Sequence record: PZ386961.1
Length of the DNA stretch: 64,000 nt
Reading direction: 5' to 3' (one strand)
From: a phage
The position numbers and the translations under genes are program-made. The notes under the pieces are model-generated. The model did not search any database. It saw only the letters and a program-made list of their open reading frames with translations, and had not been told where the DNA came from. Position 1 is the first letter of the stretch. Every line of letters begins with the position of its first letter. This document shows positions 35,231-44,644 of this stretch, one piece after another.

Positions 35231-35629
35231 TTACTGAGAAGTTAGGCTTTTGAAAATGCTTGCTTCGAAAAAACTTCCGAAGTTTGCCTCCAGCGCAAAT
35301 GCTAAGTAATCAATAAACTCACCGTAGTTTGCTTGGAAGTACGTATCAATATTAAGTGGGAAGTCATCAACAGTTGCCCCTTGAAATAATAAGGTTGCCA
35401 TCTCTTCAAGGTTAATTTCTTCAATTCTGTCAAAACAAGCTTCAACAAGTTCTTTAAATGGAACCATTGGAGCTTCTTTCTTGTCTTTATCAGTCAGACT
35501 TGATAGCATCTGTGCAAAGGTTGGAACAACAATTTTACCCAACTTCATAGACATCTTAATACCATCTCTTGCCCCAAGCAGAACAATATTTACTTTCTTA
35601 CCATTAATTACTCTAGATTCTGTTTTCAT
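35231..35629 (-). CDS. tail assembly chaperone (G-like)
   Basis: 132 aa between tube and tape measure. Confidence 0.55.
   Translation of the reverse strand: MKTESRVINGKKVNIVLLGARDGIKMSMKLGKIVVPTFAQMLSSLTDKDKKEAPMVPFKELVEACFDRIEEINLEEMATLLFQGATVDDFPLNIDTYFQANYGEFIDYLAFALEANFGSFFEASIFKSLTSQ
35267..35273 (-). promoter_or_regulatory. candidate -1 programmed frameshift slippery site T_TTT_TTC
   Basis: Heptamer in zero frame of upstream chaperone ORF; -1 frame continues into 34989..35228. Confidence 0.45.
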
Positions 35630-35650
35630 TGTGATTCCTTAATACTTTTA

Positions 35651-35689
35651 AAAGAAACAAAAAAGGGGAAGACCTTTTAAAGTCTCCCC
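35651..35689 (-). terminator. rho-independent terminator after tail tube gene
   Basis: GC stem ggggagac/gtcttcccc followed by T-run on minus strand. Confidence 0.5.
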
Positions 35690-35702
35690 CTTATAGGATT
35701 TA

Positions 35703-36149
35703 TTAAACACTTGACGCTGGAATTGTAGAAGTATAGTCTAGCTTCTCACAACCAAAAATCCAAGTTTTAGAGTTCTGGTCACGACCAAGTTCAATCTGTG
35801 GTAATTCCTGCAACCAAGCATTAATACCAGTTGCCAGAACAGAGCCTGATGGGTCGTAGATTACGAAGTTAGAAGAGATATCTTCTTCAAGTTCCATATT
35901 GTCTTGTTTAGCTTGAATTGCAGAAAGCATCTGGTTAGAGAGAGAAGTCTGCATTAGCTCAATCTCAATAGTACCTGTCTTGTCTGCATTTCTTGTCAGA
36001 GCAACTTGACCACCTGCACCTACAACTGGTGTCACAAGTGGTGATGTTCTCTGTAGACGTAAGAATGAGTCTGGGGCAAAGCCTTCAATGGCAATACCAT
36101 TCCAGCTACACACAACGTCTTTAGGGGAATATTGCTGATACATAGCCAT
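35703..36149 (-). CDS. tail tube protein
   Basis: 148 aa directly downstream of sheath gene. Confidence 0.6.
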   Translation of the reverse strand: MAMYQQYSPKDVVCSWNGIAIEGFAPDSFLRLQRTSPLVTPVVGAGGQVALTRNADKTGTIEIELMQTSLSNQMLSAIQAKQDNMELEEDISSNFVIYDPSGSVLATGINAWLQELPQIELGRDQNSKTWIFGCEKLDYTSTIPASSV

Positions 36150-36164
36150 TCCAATTTACCTCTA

Positions 36165-37517
36165 TTATTCGTAAGCCACTGTACCTTTCAAGTCAACATC
36201 CAAGATAGCCCCTGCTAAGATACCTGCGAAGGTAACATCTTTCAGGATACGAGCTTTCTTGTCTGCTAAAGCAACTTGAGAGGCTTTAGGAACATTAACT
36301 GTGTAAGATGACAGGAAGTTTCTGTTGACTGCTCTTTGCAGAGAGGTTTCAATGACTTGACGAATACGGGTAATACCAGTATCATCATAAGTAATCTTAC
36401 CACCCTTCTGGTTAATTAGCAAGTCTCTCAGAGAAGTTTTCAGGTCTGATTCTAACCAGTCAACACCACGGATGATATCAATCCATTCCCCACCAGAAGT
36501 AATCCCTCTACGAACCACTGGAACACCACCATCAAGGTCAATAAAGTTACAGTGACGTGCATCTAAAGCTGACTTCTGAATACTTGTCAGAGGTCTCTGA
36601 TTAGATGGCTGTAGAGAAGCAGCTACGCCAGTTAACTGTGCATTACCCCAAGCAATTGAACCTGCATCATACGGAGCACCATAAGCAATGTATGCCATTT
36701 CTGGATAGTCTTCTGCTGCTGTGTGATGCCACAAGCAAACGGTACGAGTGTACTGACTCTTAGTAAGCTGTGCTGGAACATCATTTGCACTAGCTAATTC
36801 TGTGCCTTGTAGGGCTGTTACATCGGAGTTAGCTGTAAAGAAAATCTTCTTGCGAGCTTGAATCTCAGAAGCCATTGCTAAGACAAACTGTTGAGTTCTG
36901 TCTTCTGCTGCAATGAAATACCAGTCAGTTGAGTAAGCTTCAATAGCTGCCAGAGCAGTCGATGCTGTGTCAGCAGTAGTACTTGCAATTGATACTGTTT
37001 GTGCTGTAGAAGTCACCTTCACGAAGTCATTATCACCAGCTTTGGTAATTACCATTGTTGCTGAACCACCAGCACCAGTTACATTGACGGTAACAAGGTC
37101 TTTTACAGAAGGCTCTGCTTCAATCTGAGTTTTAAGCTGCTGTAGCACCTTCTCAGCAGTATCTTCTGACTGTGAAGTGTACTGGAATGGCTGAGAAACT
37201 CCACCGCTCACAGCTACAGTTAAAGAATAGTCGGTGCTCTCAGTAACCTCATCAGGAATTGATACAGTGTACTGCATAGCACGTCTACCAATATAAAGCT
37301 GAGTTACTTTAGGAGTCTGACTCCAAAGTTGTTTAGCAGCCTTATATGCAGCAGAGTTTTCATCGAAATCTTCAGCAACTTCAGTTAAGGAAGTGTAACC
37401 ACGGACTCTTTCTTCAAAGTTATCTGTTGAAGCTAAAAATAGTGGTAGCCCAAAACCTTCTCTTGTAGTTCCTGCGGTGTTCAATGTAATATCTACATTA
37501 ACAATTGGATTCCACAT
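36165..37517 (-). CDS. tail sheath protein
   Basis: 450 aa, N-terminal TTREGFGLPLFLASTD-type sheath signature; precedes tube gene. Confidence 0.65.
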   Translation of the reverse strand: MWNPIVNVDITLNTAGTTREGFGLPLFLASTDNFEERVRGYTSLTEVAEDFDENSAAYKAAKQLWSQTPKVTQLYIGRRAMQYTVSIPDEVTESTDYSLTVAVSGGVSQPFQYTSQSEDTAEKVLQQLKTQIEAEPSVKDLVTVNVTGAGGSATMVITKAGDNDFVKVTSTAQTVSIASTTADTASTALAAIEAYSTDWYFIAAEDRTQQFVLAMASEIQARKKIFFTANSDVTALQGTELASANDVPAQLTKSQYTRTVCLWHHTAAEDYPEMAYIAYGAPYDAGSIAWGNAQLTGVAASLQPSNQRPLTSIQKSALDARHCNFIDLDGGVPVVRRGITSGGEWIDIIRGVDWLESDLKTSLRDLLINQKGGKITYDDTGITRIRQVIETSLQRAVNRNFLSSYTVNVPKASQVALADKKARILKDVTFAGILAGAILDVDLKGTVAYE

Positions 37518-38117
37518 TTATTTTACCCCTTTGGAGTCTACATCTAGATGGATAGTATATTCTGGTGGCTCTTGTCCTTCTTCGTAAACTAATTCACCAT
37601 CAACAATGACACGTTCAATAATACCTCCACGTTCATCTTTCAGGACTGAATTTTTTACAAGAGTTACAACAAGAGGTGCAGAATTTTCGAAATCTGTATT
37701 AAGATAAGTGTAGTCATTTGGGATAGCTCCAGTGTCTAGAACTGTAGCTCCTGTCTCTTCAAGAATTAAATCTCTGACTGAACTCATCTCTAATCGTTGT
37801 TTAAGCTCAAGCATAATACTGTGAGCACCTTTACCATTTACCGTAATTAATACTGGAATCTGAAAAGCAATTCTGTAGCAAACTACATCATCCTCAACAA
37901 ACTTATCAAGAACCCAACCATAAGGTGTTGCAGCATCTTGACAATATACGGTAATAAATGGCTGGTCAGGTTTTAAACCTTTGTCATTTGAGTTATCAGA
38001 AGGGTAAGCTCTAATTACGTTTGGTCTATTATTTTTATCACGAGCTAGTCTGTGACCAATAACATCCACTAAGGTTCTAACTAGACCTTTTTCAAGTTCT
38101 GCTGTTTCTAACTGCAT
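37518..38117 (-). CDS. putative tail completion / sheath terminator protein
   Basis: Position between neck genes and sheath. Confidence 0.35.
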   Translation of the reverse strand: MQLETAELEKGLVRTLVDVIGHRLARDKNNRPNVIRAYPSDNSNDKGLKPDQPFITVYCQDAATPYGWVLDKFVEDDVVCYRIAFQIPVLITVNGKGAHSIMLELKQRLEMSSVRDLILEETGATVLDTGAIPNDYTYLNTDFENSAPLVVTLVKNSVLKDERGGIIERVIVDGELVYEEGQEPPEYTIHLDVDSKGVK

Positions 38118-38493
38118 TCATTTTATCCCTTCTAATAATGATATATTCATAATGGGACGTATGGGCTAATTGCTGTGACCAATCCATAGTCATAAATACT
38201 TCATACTCATGACCGTCAATCATAACAATGTCAGACTCATTCCACTCTACATCATCTGAAGTTCTAAGTTTATATGTAGTATACAGGATTCTTGTATCGG
38301 TAAGCCTGATACCTTCCGGTAAAGCAATCTGTGTACCATTCTTTACAGAACCTTTGATATATGGCTGGATATTACCTTTGCAGTTAACCTCTACAATATC
38401 TTGTGAAGCTACCCAATCACCATCATCATTGTAATAACCGTCTTCAGAGACTTTACGCTTTACTACAAAGCTGTGTCTGTTTAAGAGTCTCAT
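38092..38493 (-). CDS. putative head-tail joining protein
   Basis: Synteny. Confidence 0.35.
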   Translation of the reverse strand: MRLLNRHSFVVKRKVSEDGYYNDDGDWVASQDIVEVNCKGNIQPYIKGSVKNGTQIALPEGIRLTDTRILYTTYKLRTSDDVEWNESDIVMIDGHEYEVFMTMDWSQQLAHTSHYEYIIIRRDKMNAVRNSRT

Positions 38494-38972
38494 TTCTTAA
38501 TACCCTTCTTAGTAGAAATTTTATAAGCAAGGTTATCCCTTAAGTCACCTGTCTCAACAAGAGGTGCATTAAAGCCTTTTTTCTTGACTGTGGAAGGTGC
38601 GTTAGGAGGGAGTATAGCAGAATTACCAAAACCTCTTTTAATTGCCTTTTGAGCATCCTTTGCAAATGCTTCTAAAGTATTTGAAGGGTCTGTGTTGAGA
38701 CTGCTAAGTTGCTTATATAGATTCTTCTTAGTCTGCTCTAACAAGGTCTGTTTGTTTAGCATCATAGTGATTTCAAACAACCTACGATATACTTTACCAG
38801 AAGCTGAAGGAACCCCAATAACTTCTTGTAAATACATTAAAGCAGGATAAGAAAAACCAGAGCTATGTTGACCTTGTTCTTGAAAATACCCAACTTGAGC
38901 ATTAGCCGTTTGCAAGTTCTTCATAGCCCCGACTAATTTTGCTCTAGCGGGGTGAATAACCCTTTTAACCAT
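38490..38972 (-). CDS. putative neck / head completion protein
   Basis: Synteny. Confidence 0.35.
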   Translation of the reverse strand: MVKRVIHPARAKLVGAMKNLQTANAQVGYFQEQGQHSSGFSYPALMYLQEVIGVPSASGKVYRRLFEITMMLNKQTLLEQTKKNLYKQLSSLNTDPSNTLEAFAKDAQKAIKRGFGNSAILPPNAPSTVKKKGFNAPLVETGDLRDNLAYKISTKKGIKK

Positions 38973-39421
38973 TATTCATCTCGCTCGATAATAAATACGC
39001 CATTAACACGGTTGCAGTAATCTCTGCCTTCGTATCTGGCAGCATCACCATATTCTGTGTATTTCTTGACAGAGCAAGGATTTTGACGACGCATGTCAAT
39101 ATCACACTGATTAATACCACCTGCATAGGGCAGTCCTGAAACAGAGCTTTTAACAAGGTCATCATAAACAGCTTTCAGAGATTTGAATCTGGAAGAGTTA
39201 CGTAAATAAACACCACCAACCTTCTCATCTCCCATCTTGGCTACTTGAAAGAGTAAATATTTAAGAGCTTTGATGGCTGCTTTCTTTTCATCCTTTCCAG
39301 ATTCTAGATAGAACCACTCTAGCACAGACTGTTCAATAAGAATTTCATCATTATTGGTGTCTGTGCAGAGGATTCTTACTCTATCAAGAGGGTTATTGGC
39401 TGGGTCGCCTGTATAGCACAT
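38972..39421 (-). CDS. putative head completion protein
   Basis: Immediately downstream of major capsid gene. Confidence 0.35.
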   Translation of the reverse strand: MCYTGDPANNPLDRVRILCTDTNNDEILIEQSVLEWFYLESGKDEKKAAIKALKYLLFQVAKMGDEKVGGVYLRNSSRFKSLKAVYDDLVKSSVSGLPYAGGINQCDIDMRRQNPCSVKKYTEYGDAARYEGRDYCNRVNGVFIIERDE

Positions 39422-39442
39422 TCATAACCCTCCTTAAGAATA

Positions 39443-40549
39443 TTAGTCTGGTTTAGCGTCAGAACGAACGTCTACCAGCAACTGAGGACGTGTGCAGTAT
39501 GGCAGCATGTAAGAGTGAGCTTCGAAGTCAATACCTTCATCACGGTCTTTTTCGTATTCGAATACGTACAGTTCCTGACCAAGTGTATTTGCGTAACCCA
39601 TCTTAGGGCATGGGCCATAAGCCACTTCGAAGATGTTGTTTGCTTCACCCAGCATAGAAACGTTAGGGAAAGCGTGTCCTACACCAACCTCTGCACCAGC
39701 ACCATCAATGCTCACCAGAGTATGAACCTTACCACGCTTGTCTTTGAACTTACCGTTGTACTGGACAAACTTAACACCACCGTAGTAGAAAGTGTTCATG
39801 TGAGCCTGAACGCCGTCAGTACCACCAGTTCTCAGAGAACCAGTAATCTGTTGCCAAGCCAGCGGAGTCTGCTGTGCAAGATAAGCGTCACGAATCTTAG
39901 GGTGTTTAACCAGTTTGCTGAAGAATAAGCGGTCAACAACTACGTGAATTTCTTCACCGTTGATTACAGTGCCAGTCTTAGCTTCATCTTCCATGTGCAT
40001 ACGCAGTTCTTCAATAGCAGCGTCAATGTCAGCATTAGGGTTGTCAAGGTCGAAGTAAACAGTCTTCTTCTCAACGTCGAACTGCTTGTACAGGTCAGCA
40101 TACAGAGTACCACGAGCATCAACAACTTTACCCTTCAGAGCTTGCATAAACAGGAACTCACGAGTAATATCGAACTTGGTACGAATCTTCATCAGCTTCT
40201 TAGCACGTACTACAGCTTCAGTAGTCAGTTCGTTTGCAGTGCCTGGCTGACGTACACCCTGAATTTCATCAGGAGTAATGCTTTCAACTTCTTTGAAGTA
40301 CATCATTGGGAAGCTGATTTGACGAACACGCTCAGGTGCGCTAGTCTCTGCTTTACGGCTATCACGGTCTACCGCATCAAGCAAGCTAACATCCCAATCA
40401 GTCAAGTCCATAAGGAAAGTAGTTTGGGTGATTGGTGCTGAACGGAACAGACCTAAGTTGGAAATATACCCATAAGTATTTGGGATAGACTGGACTTCAC
40501 CAGTCAGGTCAGCAAGGAAAAATCTGCTTTTTTCAGAATTAGTCAACAT
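39443..40549 (-). CDS. major capsid protein
   Basis: 368 aa, position after protease-scaffold and decoration genes (lambda C-Nu3-D-E order). Confidence 0.7.
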   Translation of the reverse strand: MLTNSEKSRFFLADLTGEVQSIPNTYGYISNLGLFRSAPITQTTFLMDLTDWDVSLLDAVDRDSRKAETSAPERVRQISFPMMYFKEVESITPDEIQGVRQPGTANELTTEAVVRAKKLMKIRTKFDITREFLFMQALKGKVVDARGTLYADLYKQFDVEKKTVYFDLDNPNADIDAAIEELRMHMEDEAKTGTVINGEEIHVVVDRLFFSKLVKHPKIRDAYLAQQTPLAWQQITGSLRTGGTDGVQAHMNTFYYGGVKFVQYNGKFKDKRGKVHTLVSIDGAGAEVGVGHAFPNVSMLGEANNIFEVAYGPCPKMGYANTLGQELYVFEYEKDRDEGIDFEAHSYMLPYCTRPQLLVDVRSDAKPD

Positions 40550-40582
40550 TGTAAAATTCTCCAGAATGTCTTATTATTGTTA

Positions 40583-40960
40583 TTACAGGCCAGTTGGTAC
40601 GAAATCAATACCTTTAGCAGCCAGAGCTGTCTTGACTGCATCAGCATCAACACCTGATTCAAGAGTAAGCAGGTCTTTTAGTTCTGCGTCACGGTAAATA
40701 CCAACAACTTTCAACTGACCGTGGTAAGACAGTTGTAGGTCTGCGTAAAAGTTAACGATACATACAGAATCAGCCTGAGCTTCTTCCCCTGCTGCAACTT
40801 TAGTACCATCTGCTTTCAGGACTTCACCTACACGGTATTCTGTTGAAGCAACTGGAGTGTACTCTTTGCGAGAGTGACCTGTTGGGGTAACCTGTTCCCA
40901 AAGAATGATATCATTCAGAGGTTCTCTTTTACCTAAGTGAGTAAAACCTTCATATGCCAT
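40583..40960 (-). CDS. head decoration protein (lambda gpD-like position)
   Basis: 125 aa between protease and capsid genes. Confidence 0.4.
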   Translation of the reverse strand: MAYEGFTHLGKREPLNDIILWEQVTPTGHSRKEYTPVASTEYRVGEVLKADGTKVAAGEEAQADSVCIVNFYADLQLSYHGQLKVVGIYRDAELKDLLTLESGVDADAVKTALAAKGIDFVPTGL

Positions 40961-40971
40961 TATTGTGTTCC

Positions 40972-42318
40972 TTATTTGATAAGAGATTTTAGAGCATTCT
41001 GGAGAGCCAGTTTGCGTTGTTCAGCGGTGTCTTCGGAAGCATTCTTAGCTGGTTCTTTTTCTTCTTCAACCAAATCAGCTTCGCCGTCATTACCCATTTC
41101 TTCCATAGCATTAGAATGTTCAAGAACAGCACCAGCAGTTTCTTTCAGCTTGGTAATTTCTGATTCTTTTTCTTCCATTGCAGAAGCATGGGACGCGATA
41201 GTTTCATTAAGTTTCTGGTTAGCACCTTCCATAGCATTCATAAACAGAACACTCAGAGGGTTATCAAGACCAGCACCTAAAATAGTCGTTGCAGCTTCTT
41301 TTGCATCAAATCCAAAAGCTTCAGCAGAAGCAGAAATCTTATTAGTCAAATCTGACAAAGCAGCTTCCTGTTCTTTGGCTTTCATTTGAGCAACCTGAAG
41401 ACGCAAAGCCTCTAGTTCTTGCTTTTCTTGTTCAGTCATTTCTTCACCTGAATTGTTAACGTTTAAACTTACAGGAGCCTCTTCAGAACCTTGTAAGTAA
41501 TTTAAGAAATCATCTTGAGACATGATTGAGTTAATTAAACCAAGTTCAAGAGCTTCCTGAGCAGAATAAACATTCGCCTCAGTATTCTTTACAGCTTCTT
41601 CAGAGATATTACGAGCTTCAGCTACAAAACCTGTAAAGGTTGCGTAGGTATCATTAATTCTCTTTTGAAGTCTTTCTTTGCTTTCTTCTGAAAGTGCTTG
41701 GAATGGTGAACCCATACCTTTAAACTCACCAGCTTTGATGACGTTAATTGTTACGCCATTCTTTTCAAATGCCTTAGTTAATTCCTGATGAACCATGATT
41801 ACACCAATAGAACCAACATCTGCATCTGGTGATGCAATAATTTCTTCAGCAGAAGATGCAAGAGCATATGCAGCGGAACAAGCGAACTCATCTACATAAG
41901 CAATAATTTTCTTTTGGCCTCTTGAAGCCATGATGTGACGTGCTAATTCAAAGCAACCTGAAGCTTCACCACCACCAGAATCAATATGCAGAACAATAGT
42001 CTTGATTGACTCATCTGCTAAAGCTTCGTCAAAGCCTCTACGTAAACCCTCATAAGAGCTTAATCCACCTGTACACATTGCATCAATGAACGTCATACGA
42101 TGAGTTAAACCACCCATAATAGGGATAATAGCAATGTCATCTTTTACTTTTAAAAGACTTCTTGCGTCACCTTTGGGTTTATCAAAGTTTACTGCTGCTT
42201 GGACATCACCCAGCAATCTGTTATTCACATAAGTTGCTGCTGAGTGAGCTAATGATTCAGTGGCTAGTAAAGGTTGGTTGAATAATCTATCAGCAAGTCT
42301 GAAGATATTCGAACTCAT
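40972..42318 (-). CDS. prohead protease (S49/ClpP-like) fused to scaffold-like C-terminal coiled coil
   Basis: Peptidase-like core IAYVDEFACSAAYALASSAEEIIASPDADVGSIGV; C-terminal coiled coil. Confidence 0.7.
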   Translation of the reverse strand: MSSNIFRLADRLFNQPLLATESLAHSAATYVNNRLLGDVQAAVNFDKPKGDARSLLKVKDDIAIIPIMGGLTHRMTFIDAMCTGGLSSYEGLRRGFDEALADESIKTIVLHIDSGGGEASGCFELARHIMASRGQKKIIAYVDEFACSAAYALASSAEEIIASPDADVGSIGVIMVHQELTKAFEKNGVTINVIKAGEFKGMGSPFQALSEESKERLQKRINDTYATFTGFVAEARNISEEAVKNTEANVYSAQEALELGLINSIMSQDDFLNYLQGSEEAPVSLNVNNSGEEMTEQEKQELEALRLQVAQMKAKEQEAALSDLTNKISASAEAFGFDAKEAATTILGAGLDNPLSVLFMNAMEGANQKLNETIASHASAMEEKESEITKLKETAGAVLEHSNAMEEMGNDGEADLVEEEKEPAKNASEDTAEQRKLALQNALKSLIK

Positions 42319-42329
42319 TTTTACTCACC

Positions 42330-42662
42330 CTATTTGTTTAAATCTACAGAGACTGAAGAGATAACATAAATACCTTCTTCAGCAAAGAATTGAGGTTTGC
42401 TAAGAGCACCAGTTGCCACGCATTTATCGTTAGCATCCCACAAGCTATAGTGTGAGACCGTTGCAGAAGCTGGAACAGTAATATTAACTGTGTCTTCTGA
42501 GGCAATTAAGCCGTTATCCGGTTCAGAAAAATAAATAGCCACTGGCTGAGTAACCTTATTTGCTGTAGGGTCTGCCGTTGGGTCTACATTGTGTAAAATA
42601 ATAGTCGTTGGGGTTAGCGTGGCGAGGATTTTATTCTTACCATCAATAGTTAATGTTCCCAT
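42330..42662 (-). CDS. hypothetical protein (head module)
   Basis: 110 aa between portal and protease. Confidence 0.4.
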   Translation of the reverse strand: MGTLTIDGKNKILATLTPTTIILHNVDPTADPTANKVTQPVAIYFSEPDNGLIASEDTVNITVPASATVSHYSLWDANDKCVATGALSKPQFFAEEGIYVISSVSVDLNK

Positions 42663-43162
42663 TAATTAAACCTTACTTTTTGTTTAAGGACTGTTGAATG
42701 GTTACCAGATTCATCTACCACATTTACAATCATATCATATACTTTACCTTTGACAAGTACTTTGTAATCATTTTGTGAAAAAATGTATTCAAGTCTGTTT
42801 GTTTCTTTATTAACTGTCATTGGAGATTGAAATGCAGTATCGAGGGTAATGAAAGCGGCTTCAATGCTATTAACATTGACACGTTTATTCTCGCAGTTAT
42901 ATAACTTTACACCCAAAAGGCATGAACTGTCAAATGGAATTTTAACAATTTCACTACAATTTCCTGAAATAAACGGTTTTCCACTCATTGGTGCATCAAG
43001 TAACCTGCAAATAGTGAAAACGTCAGAGACTCCACCATCACTAACATAACCTGAAAGGCTGACCCTTGAGCCAGCCTCTACAGATAACTTATCAGTGATG
43101 ATAAGGACACCCCTATACGAATGCACTCGTGTAGCATTTGAAATAGAGATAACTTCAGCCAT
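42662..43162 (-). CDS. hypothetical protein (head module)
   Basis: 166 aa between portal and protease. Confidence 0.4.
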   Translation of the reverse strand: MAEVISISNATRVHSYRGVLIITDKLSVEAGSRVSLSGYVSDGGVSDVFTICRLLDAPMSGKPFISGNCSEIVKIPFDSSCLLGVKLYNCENKRVNVNSIEAAFITLDTAFQSPMTVNKETNRLEYIFSQNDYKVLVKGKVYDMIVNVVDESGNHSTVLKQKVRFN

Positions 43163-44637
43163 TATTTATTTGCCTTATTTGCTGTGCTTGGGTCTTTCGC
43201 TGAAGGTGTCTTTGCAGTACCTTCTCCAGCGGTCTTATAACCATCTCCTGAACGGCTTTGGCTATTTGGAGAAAGCTTTTCAGATACTGGCTGAGACTCA
43301 TCAGCAGGAGGAAGACCAATATGCTCTCTAAGTTTGTTAGATAGCTCTTTGTCAACTTCCAAAGCACCTACTGCAACAGTCTTCTGAATATAAGAACCAA
43401 TTGCTTCAAGGTCTGGAGTTTCGATATCATCGTATGTGATTTGTACATGTTCTTCATCATCCCACATATTAAGAGCATAAGTCTGTGCAACTAAATCACG
43501 GTTAATTACGTTCTTAATTTGCTTCAGCAGAATATCTACTGACATTGCTAATAGGCTTGTCTTAGAATCTGCAAGAGAGAATGAACCATATTTTGACTGA
43601 CCCATAGCAAGAACATCTGACATAAATGCCATCATAATTTGCTTGGAATATCTGTCAATGATAGAACCTGTATCATATGCTTTAGCACCCTGTCTAGAAA
43701 CTAATGAGAACTCGAAAATATCCTCTTTAGTATCTGGGTCGATATATCTAGGCCAGATTAAACCTGCTCTGTCATTAGCAATCATATCATTAACAACAGT
43801 TTTGCAGTATTGTACGAAAGCTTTCTTTTCAGGTTCTGCATTTTCATCCAGATAATCTGGTGGCAAACCAATCTTTGGCATACCTACCAAGTCTCTTGAA
43901 ACACCAACAGCTTCGTACTCTTCAATCTGAACTTTATACTTCCACGGTACATAAGCATTAAGTAATGGTGAACGACCCTCTGGGTTTCCATATTCATCGT
44001 CATACTTAAACAGCATGAATTTAGCTCGTGGAAGTTTTCTTGTTAGCGGTCTTTCTCCAAGATTAATTGCTCCAGCAATATGTGAAACATTTCTCAGATT
44101 CTGCCTAACACCTGTAACTTTTCTAAAGTCTTCGTCAAAATACCACTTATCAAGTGTTGATTGGTTTCTGATTGGTAATTTAGCCCATCCAATTAGACCA
44201 TCATCAAATTTAGACTGGTACTTTCCTTTTTTACCCTGACGCTTCTTATAAACTTTCTCGTTAACACAGAACCCATAAGTACAGAATGACATTACAGAAT
44301 TAATAAAATCTGCCCAATCATGCTCCATGTCATCCATTAAAGAATTAAAGAAGTCTGCTCTTTCAAGCATTTTAGGGTCTTGCTCTTTTCCCTTTGGAGG
44401 TACGAATCTCCAGTTGACTTTTCTGACAAACATCTTAATAATATTTACAGATGCTGCTACAGCAGGGTCACGCATCATTAATTGGAAAGTTTTAATACTT
44501 TCAGGGAACCTTAGTGCCTGACGAGGTTCTTCATAGATTCTTCCATTCTTAACCTTCAGACCCAAAGAACCTACTTCACCCATTCTAAATGGTGGTAAGC
44601 TTTCTTGTGTTTCTGTAATATCTGCCATTCTTCTCAC
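43162..44637 (-). CDS. portal protein
   Basis: 491 aa immediately downstream of large terminase. Confidence 0.7.
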   Translation of the reverse strand: MRRMADITETQESLPPFRMGEVGSLGLKVKNGRIYEEPRQALRFPESIKTFQLMMRDPAVAASVNIIKMFVRKVNWRFVPPKGKEQDPKMLERADFFNSLMDDMEHDWADFINSVMSFCTYGFCVNEKVYKKRQGKKGKYQSKFDDGLIGWAKLPIRNQSTLDKWYFDEDFRKVTGVRQNLRNVSHIAGAINLGERPLTRKLPRAKFMLFKYDDEYGNPEGRSPLLNAYVPWKYKVQIEEYEAVGVSRDLVGMPKIGLPPDYLDENAEPEKKAFVQYCKTVVNDMIANDRAGLIWPRYIDPDTKEDIFEFSLVSRQGAKAYDTGSIIDRYSKQIMMAFMSDVLAMGQSKYGSFSLADSKTSLLAMSVDILLKQIKNVINRDLVAQTYALNMWDDEEHVQITYDDIETPDLEAIGSYIQKTVAVGALEVDKELSNKLREHIGLPPADESQPVSEKLSPNSQSRSGDGYKTAGEGTAKTPSAKDPSTANKANK

Positions 44638-44644
44638 CTAGCTA

